Part shown: positions 50,640 through 62,000 of the stretch, piece after piece
How positions within the stretch are numbered: the stretch's first letter is position 1
How the letters are laid out: every line of letters begins with the position of its first letter
NCBI GenBank assembly: GCA_951406725.2
Contig: OX597817.1
Coordinates: forward strand, 87,812,001-87,874,000
Source: Octopus vulgaris
Lineage: Eukaryota
Length of the DNA: 62,000 bases
Direction of reading: 5' to 3'
Notes under the pieces: model-generated
What the model was told of the DNA's origin: nothing
The model's database searches: none
What the model saw: only the letters and a program-made list of their open reading frames with translations
Position numbers and translations under genes: made by a program

Positions 50640-51075
50640 AAAAATTGAGCATAAGAGGCATCAGATGTTGTGTATAAGTGAGAAGACTGTGCTGGTATGG
50701 TCATGTGATATGTATGGACAAAGACAGCTGCATAAAGAAATGCCAATCTCTAACTGTGGAGAGAGCCTGTGTAAGAGGTAGAACCATGAAGACATGGGAT
50801 GAGGTGGTGAAGCATGATCTTCTGATGTTGGGTTTCATGGAGGCAATGACAAGTGATCGAGTCCTTTAGTGACTTGCTGTGCTTTAGAAGACACGTCAAG
50901 CCAGATGAAATCAAATTCACAGCCAGTGCCAGTGACATAAAGGACACCCCTGGTTGGCATTAAAAAGGGCATCCATCTGTAGAAACTAAGCCAATCAAAC
51001 TGGAACCTGGTGCAACTCTCCAGCTTACCAGTTCCAGTCAAACCATCTAACCTATGCCAGTATGGAGGACGGACA
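50640..51075 (+). mobile_element. RTE LINE 3' end (ORF C-terminus plus tail)
   Basis: ORF 50678..50869 RRLCWYGHVICMDKDSCIKKC...GRTMKTWDEVVKHDL, followed by the common tail. Confidence 0.8.
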
Positions 51076-51303
51076 TTAACCCTTTTGTTACTGTATTTAT
51101 TTTGAGATGCTCTGTGTTTCTTTCAATCACTTTAAATATAACAAAGAATTTAGCAAAATAACTTAATTATCATTCAGCTAGTGTTAGAAACATAAATTGT
51201 GACTAAGGTTTGGTGAAAGATTTTAATTCCAAACTTATGAAAACAAGACATTTGTACTCAGAGCCAGAGCCGGTTTCAGCCGAGTTGGTAACGAAAGAGT
51301 TAA
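51076..51303. mobile_element. TTAA-flanked piggyBac-like MITE, family 1
   Basis: TTAAcccttttgttac...gtaacgaaagagTTAA. Confidence 0.78.
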
Positions 51304-51744
51304 ATGATGATGATAATGATGATGATTATCAGACAAATTTGTTCGCCCCTCCACACACACACACACACATTTATTTTAATCCTTTCCAAGGATATTTGAA
51401 TTAACATGAAAAATATCTTTATCATACTGTTTAGTGTTTTTCTTTTATAGCTTTATACTTCCTCTACAACTATTGTTTATTGTTTTCGGAATTTGAATAA
51501 ACTTTTTGTCTTTTCAGACAAATGACAATGGAGTACCAAGTAGAAAAACATGAGCAAATTGATCTAACAACCCAACAATATTATATGTGTATTATATTTC
51601 TGTGTGTATTATACTTGCATGTGTGTTTGTGTATAGTATTGTGAAAGTACATGTGTGTGTACATATACAAGAACAAGTACATACATAAAAATACAAAAAC
51701 TATATAATTTCAGTGTGCTTATATGTAGATACAATTGAATTTGT

Positions 51745-52000
51745 GAGGTCATATATATATGCATGCCTCCACACACAAACACATTTGGACATGCAAAACA
51801 TGGGTATGTCCATGTGTATGTATGCCTGCAGCAGAAACATGTCCATGTCCATATGCTTGCATACACACATGAATATATTTGGACATGCAAAACATGGATG
51901 TGTCCATGTGCATGTATGCCTGCATATAAAAACGTGTATGTCCATATGTTTGCTTGCACTCATGAACATATTTGGAGATGCAAACATGCCTATGTCCAAA
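51745..52000. repeat. ~93-bp minisatellite built from CATG/TATG-rich units, ~2.6 copies
   Basis: ttgga(c/g)atgcaaa at 51785, 51879, 51972. Confidence 0.8.
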
Positions 52001-53372
52001 AATGAAAAATGAAAGCAAGACTAGAATTGTTTTGTCTTTATTAATAGAAATTCTTTGGCAAAAAGGACAGTTGAGGTGACAGGAAGAAGATAAATCATTA
52101 TTAATATTTTGAAACACCTTGGTAACAGCAGCTGAAAGAAGAAATGTAATTATAGATGATTAAGACTGATGGCTGTTTATTCTTAACAGAGCACAATTCC
52201 CAGGGCCTCCCTCTGCAGTAGGGTGTGGGGTATAAGTAGAAGAGAGGTGTTAATGAAACCATTTATGCACAGGAAAATAAAAATCTGAGCAAGCAGGTTT
52301 TCTGTGTGTGTTAAAGAAGATTAAATAATGTGAAGTGTTCTGAAAGTAAACACAGATAATTAATAAACAGTGCAGTAGGATAATATAAAAGATTGAAGAA
52401 AAATAATTCAAATAAGCCACAGACTGAAATAAATCAAGTATGTATGGATGCACAGAATGACATACACTGAAAATACTTTATATTTTCCTCTTAGCTGAAG
52501 AAAGAAAATGAAAAGCTGTCAACATTTGTTAACAACTCTCAAAGAAGAGGAGAAAGAAGTGTTTTAATTGAGTTTTCATGTTAAGATGACAATTTTCTTT
52601 TTAGTTCATAGCAACTGTCAGGTTCCAGTCTTAATAGAGCTCATCAGTGAAACATAGATAATATAAACCTTATGTTAAAGTCAGTTAAATTCATTAATTA
52701 TTGGCTTCAAATTTTAGTACAAGGCCAATAATTTCAGGGGACAGGGTAAGTTGATTACATCAACCCCAGTGTTCAACTGGTAATTATTTTATCGACCACC
52801 AAATGATGAAAGGCAAAGTCGACCCAGCAGCATTTGAACTCAAAATGTAGTTAGAAGAAATGCTGCTCAGTAGTAATTATTCTGCCAGCTTGCCACCTTA
52901 ATTTCATTAATTATTGAAAACAAACAGAACTTATATCAGAAATATTTGTCTCACCATAGCAACAAAGAATGCAACAAGAATGCCAATTGTCACCAATCTT
53001 TTGTGAAGTAAATGGCTACGTTTATCAATCAGGCAACAATGAGTATGGTTTCTTTGAATTGTCTTAGTGTATTTATCATATAAATTTACCCTCAGGTTGG
53101 GAAAATTGAATAATAGGGGCAGCTAAGGTTAGTCCTAATTTTAAAACTACTATCTTTTATCTTTTATTTGTTTCAGTCATTGGACTGTTACCATACTGGG
53201 GCACTACATCAAAGAGTTTAGTTGAACAAATTGACCCCAATACTTATTTTTCAAAGTCTGGTTCTTATTCCATTAGTTCCTTTTGCTGAACCACTATATT
53301 ACAAGGTTGTAGACAAATGAAGTGGTTGGGATATAAACACAAGCACAATAACATATGGGCATGCGCACACAT

Positions 53373-53407
<35 letters not shown>

Positions 53408-56400
53408 GCCTATGTATGATGGGCTTTTTTCAGTCTCTGTCAACCAGATCAATTTTACCTTGGATTAAACTTTTGTCATAAGCCATCACCTTTTAGTTTG
53501 TTTAAACTTAGAGAATACTTGTATAAAAGGAAGTTATTATGTTAAACCTCCTGCTGCAGTGGAAGTTTAAGATTAGAAGAGGGAAATAATTATTTTACTG
53601 TTTTGTAATCCTGAAAGGAAATTTCTCTCTCCCAAGACAATTTTCATAGCTAAAGTCTTTTCACATTTGAATGTAAACAACTGTGCTAAATATTTGTTTC
53701 AATTAATACTGCTTCTATGTCTCTGTTGATGTAAGATAGGAATTAAAATCTGTCAAAATAGGGAATAGTTGCTGGTGGATTTAAACAAGAAACCACAAGA
53801 TTTAGCTGAGTGAACACTAAGGGGAAATCCATGTAATCAATATACTAGATATGATTTAATTCCTGGTAACAATCTGTTGCTGCTACATGTTTAATCAACG
53901 TACTTCTGTGAATCTCTCAACTACTTTTTTCATTCTCTATCGTTTTGCCTTTAACTACCATTTTCCATTAAAAGTTTGAAATAAAACCATTGATGAGGTT
54001 TGATGAAAGCCAATATATAAACGAGTGATTTGAAATGGTTTACTAAGTAGTTAGGGTCAGCAGAGCATATTTTTAATTTCAGTGAACTGTATGATTTAAA
54101 TGAGTAACAAGGACATATATCAGTTCTTCACTTTAGAAAATGCTGAGTAAGAAAGCAGTTTGACCTTTTAGTAGCATTACAAAGCTGGTAAAGGCCTCAA
54201 GTTAGATTGGAATAGAGTCAGTCATATACCTTAAGTAAATTCCATACAAGAGTTTCTACTTCAGTAACTGAGATAATAGCATGGTTGCTATAAATGATCG
54301 TTGAATGAATGGAAAGAGAAAATTACATGTGATTTTAACAGTGGCATGTAGAGTAGCAACAGAAAAACTGTCCAACATGGCAATAATATCATTGATATTG
54401 ATGTAGTGGAAATTATCAAAACAAAGAACTAGATTTAACTGGTTGATTGATAAAGGCTTTGGTTAGTAAAGATTCTGAATAGGAAGTGTGTTTAAGTTAA
54501 TGTAACATTCTTTTCTACCGTGGTCATTAAAAAAAGGATCAGTTGAGTGTCAGATAGGATACTTCCCAATGTTTGTTCCAGATGTCTGCATTCTGTGTTC
54601 AAATCCTGCAGAGCTCAACTTTACTTTTCATCCTTTTTGGGTTGATATAAAAATAAACCATCCAAGCTAGTAATTTGATAGAATGTTGGACCAGATGTCT
54701 TGCAATATTTCTTCTGGCCTTTTGCATTCTGAGCTTGAATCCCTACATAGCCTATGTGGGTGGTAGACTTAATCTGTTGCCCAGTTTAACACAACCACCT
54801 GGCACCTACGTTAACTCTTGCATATCCAAGGTGCTAGATTATCTACTGTGTTGCATGTATTGAGGCCAGGTTTTTGGTTTGAGGATCTCTTCCTCCCTTC
54901 CCACTGCAAGTCATCAACACTGCCTTTCTTCCTAGCTAAAAAGTTAAGGAAAAAATATAAACAGTCAAAAGAAGATTAATTTTTGGTTCATTCAAGGCAG
55001 TGAGCTGACAGAATCATTAGGATGACAAGCAAAATGTTTAGCAGCATTTCATCCACCTTTATGTTCTGAGTTCAAATTCTGCCAAGGTCGACTGCTTTTC
55101 ATCCTTTCAGGGTCAATAAAATAAGTACCAGTTGAATGTTGGGATCAATTTAATCTACTTATCTCCTCCTCAAAATTACTGGCCTTGTGCCAAAATTTGA
55201 AATCAATAATTGATTCATTCAATCTGTAAAATATTTTAGGAGGGTGGATATTTTATAAATTACCTGTAGAACAGAGTTTGTTCAACTAGTGTTGACAGTC
55301 ATCAAAAAACCACCAAGTGAGAACTTTTCTCTTGAAAGTTACTTAACCTGCCAACATTGCAGCAGATTTTCTCACTTATCTTTACTAGATTAAGGACAGG
55401 TGCTATATGTTCTACATGTTAAAATATGTCTACTTTAAGTGGATTTATCTTTGATATATAAGTAAAAATAATGATAATGAATAAAATATTAATTTGCACT
55501 AAATTAATGAGATACTGTCCTACAGTTTGTAGTTCATCGATGAACCACAAGAGAATGAGACGTCATCATCATCATCATCATATGTCTCTTTTTCTATGTT
55601 AGCATGGGTTGGACAGTTCAACATGAACTGACAAGTGGGAGGGTTGTACTAAGCTCTAATGTCTACTTTGGCATGGTTTCTACATTCTACAGCTGGAAGC
55701 CCTTCATGATACCAACCACTTAGTCACCAAATATCCACAAGACAAAACCCCTCGAGCAAGTGCCCTGCTAAAGAGGTAAATACATGTCTTGCCCATCTGG
55801 AAAGAGAGAGATCTGAGGTCAAGGTGCAAGGTGAAAGTGAAAGAAAGAATACAATAGAGGAACAGAAACTGTGGTTGGGTAAGTAAGTGCACTATGGGGA
55901 AAATAGTGTGACAGATGATTAGAGATAAGGGAGTGAACTGGATGAGTTGAATATCATTTTAGGGGAGGGGGGAGTGAAGGAAAGAAATAGGAGCCGGTCA
56001 AGGGAAGAGGAGATGTCATCATCATCATCATTATCATTTAATGTCTCTTTTTCTATGTTAGCTTGGGTTGGACAGTTAACATGAACTGATATTTGAGAGG
56101 GTTGTACTAAGCATCAGTATTTAACATCCGTTTTCTGTGATGGCATGGGTTGGATGGCTTGACAGGAGCTGGCAAGGCCAGGGGCCACACCTGACTCCAT
56201 AGTTTGTTTTGGTTTGGTTTCTACAGCTGGATACCCTTCCTAATGCCAACCAATTTACAGAGTGTACTGGGTGCTTTTTATGTGGCACCTGCACCAAGAG
56301 ACAGTAATTTCAGGTTTGAGTCCTCTTTTGGCAAGTTAAATTTTAAATCTATCTAGGGGTTGAAATAGATTGAAATAATGAAATAACTAAATAAGAATGA

Positions 56401-56584
56401 TGTTATAAAAAGAGAAGTAATAAAGCAAGAATGTAATCCATTCAAGCTTTCCAAAACTTTCTTTTGCCTTGTTCTTTGATCATAAAACCTTGTCATTTAT
56501 CAAATTTTTGGATATTATTTTTCAATAATTTAAAATTATTTATTTTAAAAACTGTCCATTAACAGTCAAATTTACTTTTTTCAG

Positions 56585-56668
56585 TTTCTGTCAATGTAAC
56601 TCAACTTCTCCTGTTCATGTGTAATTTCATTGTCACACCTATATTTCCTTCAGATATATCTCATTGTG
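56585..56668 (+). CDS. TBC1D32: TBC1D32 exon: (I)SVNVTQLLLFMCNFIVTPIFPSDISHC(E)
   Basis: ttttttcAG acceptor, G|gtaagt donor; 84 nt, phase 1 to 1; hydrophobic pattern matches recalled LVSLIDLLVLFTQLIYYSP. Confidence 0.8.
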
Positions 56669-57656
56669 GTAAGTACTTAATGCTCTAACATTATTCCATT
56701 TATCACCAAAGTGAGAATTTAATGCCATTTGTGTTTAGATTTAGGAAAACCTTTGTCTTTTAAATCGTACTTGGATCCCACTACATTTAATTTCAAGGCA
56801 TGTTGTATGTTGTTGCCCAGTATGTCTAGTTTCACTGAAACACATATGGATTAGTAAGCAATGTCTAAGAACAAAATACACTTTTCTAGAAGCAATTACA
56901 TGCTTATTTTTAATTTTCCATAACATTTCATTTTAATCAAGGTTAGTGACTTCTGTTTCCTTTATAAGTATTGTCTTGAACATAGTGAGTATTTGCCTAG
57001 ATTTAAAGAATTCCCACAACTAGTTTCAATCATACATACTCTCTGCTAAGATTCTATAATCATTTCTGTTGAAGAGTCATAACTTATATAAAGAACCTGA
57101 TGAGGGTTTCTTGTAAAATTGACCTTGGTTTCTGTGTGTTGAGACAGTGTTCCTATGTATGATTATAATAGCACTGTCAACATTATAAGATCACCTGTGA
57201 CATCATTATTCCTTTAGCATTCTGTCAAATGTAGTAGTTATTATGCAGACTGTTTCCAATTATGTGTCATCTTGTAGCTTTGAAATTTCAATGATGTGAT
57301 TGCATATTTTTAGAATGACATTGTAGGGTAGATGTGAGAGGCCAGATCTGGCTGGTTTGAACATTAAAGAAAGTGACCATTTTGGCCAGATATGGTCTGG
57401 TTTAAATGCTAAAGAGTTAATTTGGTTTATATCCCAAGAAATATGTCTTTCTCATCATTTTCCAGAAGATAACACCTATACAGGGATGGTGTTCACATTT
57501 TGACCTGAATGATGACATCTAACATGACATTTCTATTTTCGTCGGTTAGATATTGACTGTTGTATGTCATCACACTTGACACTGATAGTTCTTCAAATCT
57601 GTGAAGAAATATCTCACAGCAGACACATTTGAAAATCATAATTTAATTTTCACTCT

Positions 57657-57830
57657 ACTTGCAATTGTGTTAACTGCACTTGCAGTACATCGCAGCTGTT
57701 AGCTGCACTTGCAATAGGATGCAGCTGTTACTTTAACTTGCAATAAGACGCAGCTGTTAGTTGAACTTGCAGTAGGATGTGGCTGTTAGGTGAATATACA
57801 GTAGATTACAGTTGTTAGTAGAACTTGCAA
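57657..57830. repeat. 29-bp minisatellite, ~6 units
   Basis: acttgca anchor at 57678, 57707, 57736, 57765, (57794 degenerate), 57823. Confidence 0.85.
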
Positions 57831-58291
57831 TAGATTGTCAGTATTGATAAACATGGGAACAACCTTATAATTGTTAGAGAATATCTCAAAGAGCAGAAAA
57901 AAACTCCTGCATCTAAATATACAAGTTCAAGACAATGGGAGAGTCTGTACGTAGTTGTGTAACCAGCTAGAAATAGCAGCCAAATCTCTCCCAAATAACA
58001 CTCTACTGTTTTAGTAAAAGGAAGAAAAAATTGAGTGCTGTTACAAGTTACACTGTATCTGGAAATAAGACATGATGGTCAAGGCTAGAGTGCCTTTGAT
58101 CATAGATGTGGTCAGTCACTGCTGACTTGGAGTTAAATAAGAATAACAGCAATGACAATCATAAAGCAAACTGAAATAGCTCTAAATACTTGTTCATTAA
58201 TTTGTTTATAAGTTGAAACATTATAAACAAAAAAGTAATGTAATTTGTGTTTTATGTCACATGAAGTCATCAGTTCTGTTTTGTATTGTAG

Positions 58292-58434
58292 AGTTAGTTG
58301 ATCCAGCCCAGCTTGCCACAAACATCTTCAGGAACCTTGCCAGCAAAGAGGATGCCTGTGCTGCATGTCTCTGTAAAAATGCCGTTACAGAAAGACTTAT
58401 CTCACCAATATCCCAGTGGCTCATTTACTACAAG
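58292..58434 (+). CDS. TBC1D32: TBC1D32 exon: (E)LVDPAQLATNIFRNLASKEDACAACLCKNAVTERLISPISQWLIYYK
   Basis: ttgtAG acceptor, AAG|gtatta donor; 143 nt, phase 1 to 0; in ORF 58213..58464; resembles recalled [37 protein letters not shown]. Confidence 0.9.
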
Positions 58435-58924
58435 GTATTACACAGATTAGTCAAGATGAATTGATTAAAGCTTAAAGTAAAACTAATAGGATTATTTTAC
58501 CCAAGAAACAGCTCTAGTCTTCATGGAATTAGTCTTTTTGGAATCATTTATTACTGCAAAAACTTTATGAAATACTTATTTGAGTGGATTTGTTAGTAAA
58601 TCTTACATCAATGTAATCTTTCTTCCATTTGACTTGTATGCTTGTACTGTACAGTCATTTGAATTGTTTAAATGTATGGATACATTTAGGATTTACCTAT
58701 GGAGAAAATATATTTAATCCTTGTTTGAGCAGATTAAAGAGAGATCCTTAGTCAAATTTGTTTTGTTTGACTTTTACCTTAAATAATTCAGTTTGGTAAT
58801 ATGGCGAGTGTACAACCACTGACAGGTCTCATGTTAACTGCCAAATGCAGTTTAGATGTCCTAAGATAAGACTAGTTGTAATTTTTAAGTTTATTCTGTT
58901 ATTAGTATATTTTGTAATGGAAAA

Positions 58925-59365
58925 GGGGGCAAAGTGGCAGAATCATTAGCATGATGGGGAAAATGCTTATTGGCATTTCATTCATTGCTACGTTCTGAGT
59001 TCAAATTCTCTACAGTTGACTTTGCCTTTCACCCTTTCAGGGCCAATAATATAAGTACCAGTTAAGCACTGGGTTCAATGTAATTGTCTTGCCTCCTCTC
59101 TTCCAAAATTGCTGGCCTTATGCCAAAATTTGAAGCCAATATTGTAGTTTTGATTAAGGTGGTGAGCTGGCAGAATGATTAGCACACCAGGCAAAATGCT
59201 TAATGGTATTTTGTCCCTCTTTATGTACTGAGTTCAAATTCCACCAAGGTTGACTTTGCCTTTCATCCTTTCAGGGCTGATAAAATAAGTACTAGCTGAT
59301 CACTGGGGTGATCAACTTACATCCTCCCTCAAAACTGTTGGCCTTGTGCCAAAATTTGAAGCCGA
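58925..59365 (+). mobile_element. Two head-to-tail tRNA-type SINEs (family C); other copies ~1660-2065, 7640-7830, 22650-22880, 39120-39300, 49190-49400, 52700-52900, 54995-55205
   Basis: ggcagaatcattagc...tgagttcaaattc (B-box-like)...gactttgcctttcatcctttc...aaaatttgaa repeated throughout the window. Confidence 0.78.
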
Positions 59366-59800
59366 TATATTTTGTAATAGTTCAGGATTATGGATTAGGT
59401 TGACTTTATTATCTCTCACAGACATCTAAGGAACATTAATAGAAAATTTAGAGATATAGATAATATTCAATTAAAATTAAATGATAATTTAATTTTTAAA
59501 TTGTTAATTATATTTATGTAGTTGGAAATTGTGTTTAGAGATAGTGTGGTGCAAATCTCAATCCAAGCTACTACACTGTAATAAATGAAGTCAATTCTAC
59601 TGATAAGAACAAGATGTGTGAAAGAAACCATAACATTTGATGTATTTAGAAGCTACATTTGCAATACTGTCCAAAACTCATTGTATATACATAAATTGTG
59701 CATAAATACCAACATAACTACAACTAGAAATTTATTTCAGAATACAATAAACCAGGTAGATAACATTGCTTAAGACGATTTTTGTCCTTGGTAAGCAACT

Positions 59801-60196
59801 GTTATTTCCTATTTGCTTTCCTCTAGATAGTATGAAAAATGGCTAATATTTCCTTCAAACTTTGCTTTTGTTACATTTATTCAAACCCCAAAGAATCCTC
59901 CTCAACATATGGTTATGATGCTCTCCCACTAATCCTACTCATTTCATGATCAGCGATGTACATACTGTCAGCCACTATGGGACATGCTCAAGTGGTTAAG
60001 ATCAAGCAAATCTGTGGTATTGCACACAATATTTTTTATAATGATATTTCTGCTTCAGCAACTCAGTACTGAATCTGTCTGAAATGTAATGGAAAATAGG
60101 TCAATTTCAAAACATTGATGTCCAGGTCACAAATGCAAAGTTTGAAGGGAATAGTTATTTCCCTTGATTTCTAGATAAAAGCAAATGGGAAACGAC
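59801..60196. mobile_element. Old MITE with ~55-bp imperfect TIRs
   Basis: tttcctatttgcttt...ccttcaaactttgc versus gcaaagtttgaagg...aaagcaaatgggaaa. Confidence 0.6.
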
Positions 60197-61085
60197 ACTG
60201 ATCAAAAACAAAAAAAAATTAATTTTTTACACAGTGTAATAGAACGGTGTGAGACCAACTAAGAGACAGGGACTTCTAGAGTTACTTACTGTATTAAAGT
60301 ACTGTAAATGAGCATAAGTTTTGTGTTTTTTTAATATTTTACTTGTTTTGGGTAATGGTTGATCAAATTCAGACACAAATCTAACTACTTCCATTATAGC
60401 AGCCACTCAAACATAAAACAATTGATATGTTGTTTGACTGAAGAGTTGAAACCCAAATGAATCCTAATCAAGCAGATCAAAAGTATTCCAGTCATGACTA
60501 ACACTGCTTTGTTACCAAGCATTAGACCACATTATCATACATGACCATCTTCTTTTCTTCTTTTTAAGGTGTACTTTAATGAAGATTTGCTTGCTCTTTC
60601 TAGCAAGTCAGGCAACCACATAGAAGACCTTTCAGGCCTATCAACCAAACAGTAGATTCAGCATGTTAAACCAACAAAGGAACATCTATATAATTGTTTG
60701 ACTTATTCAATATACTAAATAAACCTCTTTACAATCTTGATGGCTACAACACTGATTTAATCTCATTGTGAACTTGCATCAAACTGAGACACCCAATATC
60801 TTACATCTCCATATCTAAGCAACTGATTACTTTCTTCATGTCATTGTTATATTCAAATACATTGACTGTAGCTCTGCAACACCATCTCCAGAAATTAGAG
60901 AGATATATCTTGCCAATATATATGGCAAAGTTTCAATTTATAGCTCTTTGGGCCAGTTCAAAAACCATACATCCACCACTGCTCTTAATTATAGAAAAGA
61001 AACCATATGAAAACAGAGGATAATGATAAATGAATGAAGATGGATGCATTCTTTGCAGTTCTATATATTTTTCTATCTTCTACAG

Positions 61086-61222
61086 GCCAATAATCAACCT
61101 CAAGATATTAATGAAGTTACAGTGGTACAAACAGCAAATATACTCTGCGAAATGACTTTGACTTCCTGTGGAAGGAAACATCTTTTATATGGAGAAGATC
61201 AAGATCTGACAATAAAGTCAAG
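61086..61222 (+). CDS. TBC1D32: TBC1D32 exon (last in window): ANNQPQDINEVTVVQTANILCEMTLTSCGRKHLLYGEDQDLTIKS
   Basis: ttctacAG acceptor, AG|gtgaat donor; 137 nt, phase 0 to 2; in ORF 61044..61226; resembles recalled [27 protein letters not shown]. Confidence 0.88.
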
Positions 61223-62000
61223 GTGAATTAATTTTTTCTATGTAAATGCCATGTTTTGTCATAGCACTGCCATCATTTTCACTATTATAAAAGCTATAAT
61301 ATATTATATTTATGCAATAGAATATTTCATACAAACTATTGGGCAAGAGTAATATGTGAAGGTGTGTGGCATAGTAGTTAGACTTGTGATCACAAGATTG
61401 CGGTTTCAATTCTCAGGCTTGGTAGTGCATTGTGTCTTTGAGCAAAACACTTCATTTCATGTTTTTCCAGTCCACTCAGCTGTAAATGAGTAACCTTGCA
61501 GCTGTTAATGATCTCAGTCACTTGTACCCTCATAGAAACTGGGTAACCAGCACTGTGAGTCCTGGGGGTTCATATCAGTAAAAAAAAAAAATTGATTACA
61601 GGAAATTTCACTGCCATTAATTCACCTGAAGAAAGTTCACCACAAGGAAAGTTTACTGAGAAAATATATCCATAGTATCTTACCTTTAATAGTTAAAAAC
61701 TATTTTATTTTTATAAAAATGGTGATTTGATGATGGTGAATTTACCTGACATGAAAAATTTAGGGATATAGTTGTTTCTTTTTATTGTTTCTTTACTTGT
61801 ACAACTGATCATGTGAAGGTATGTGACATAGTGGTCAGGACTGAAGCACCCAGCACATTCTGAAAAATGGTTGATATTAGGAAGGGCAACCAGCTGTAGA
61901 AACTAAGCCAAATCAGACTGGAATTTGGTGCAACTCACCTGCTTGCCAGCTCTGGTCAAATCATCCAACCCATGGTCTGGCATGGAAAATGGATGTTGAA

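Noticed and set aside
51518-51560. Strong acceptor ttttgtcttttcAG as the exon after 45804
   Set aside because: Required phase hits a stop within three codons; 56585-56668 fits phase and similarity.

Overview
AT-rich, microsatellite- and repeat-dense animal genomic DNA; the repeat families look like octopus/coleoid cephalopod (inference, not database-checked). The whole window lies inside one + strand gene. Ten GT-AG exons (8110-61222, 1040 nt) splice phase-consistently into one open frame of about 346 codons that matches the N-terminal/middle part of TBC1D32 (BROMI, broad-minded), judged against my recollection of the vertebrate protein. Start and end of the gene are outside the window. The 1.6-14.8 kb introns hold decayed RTE and CR1-type LINEs, two mariner transposons (one with intact TIRs and TA target duplication; one carrying a nested solo LTR and a young open-frame CR1 3' fragment), tRNA-type SINEs, TTAA-flanked and hAT-type MITEs, a Helitron-like element and several long hairpins. 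Best leads: a young CpG-rich composite made of ~370-bp tandem monomers fused to an RTE-type tail (33976-35861); an inverted pair of short repeats whose consensus rebuilds a hammerhead ribozyme core (15670-16570); a compositionally foreign, stop-free CR1 fragment (24415-25369); and a recurring 29-bp minisatellite period. No searches were run; all family assignments come from manual translation and motif recognition.
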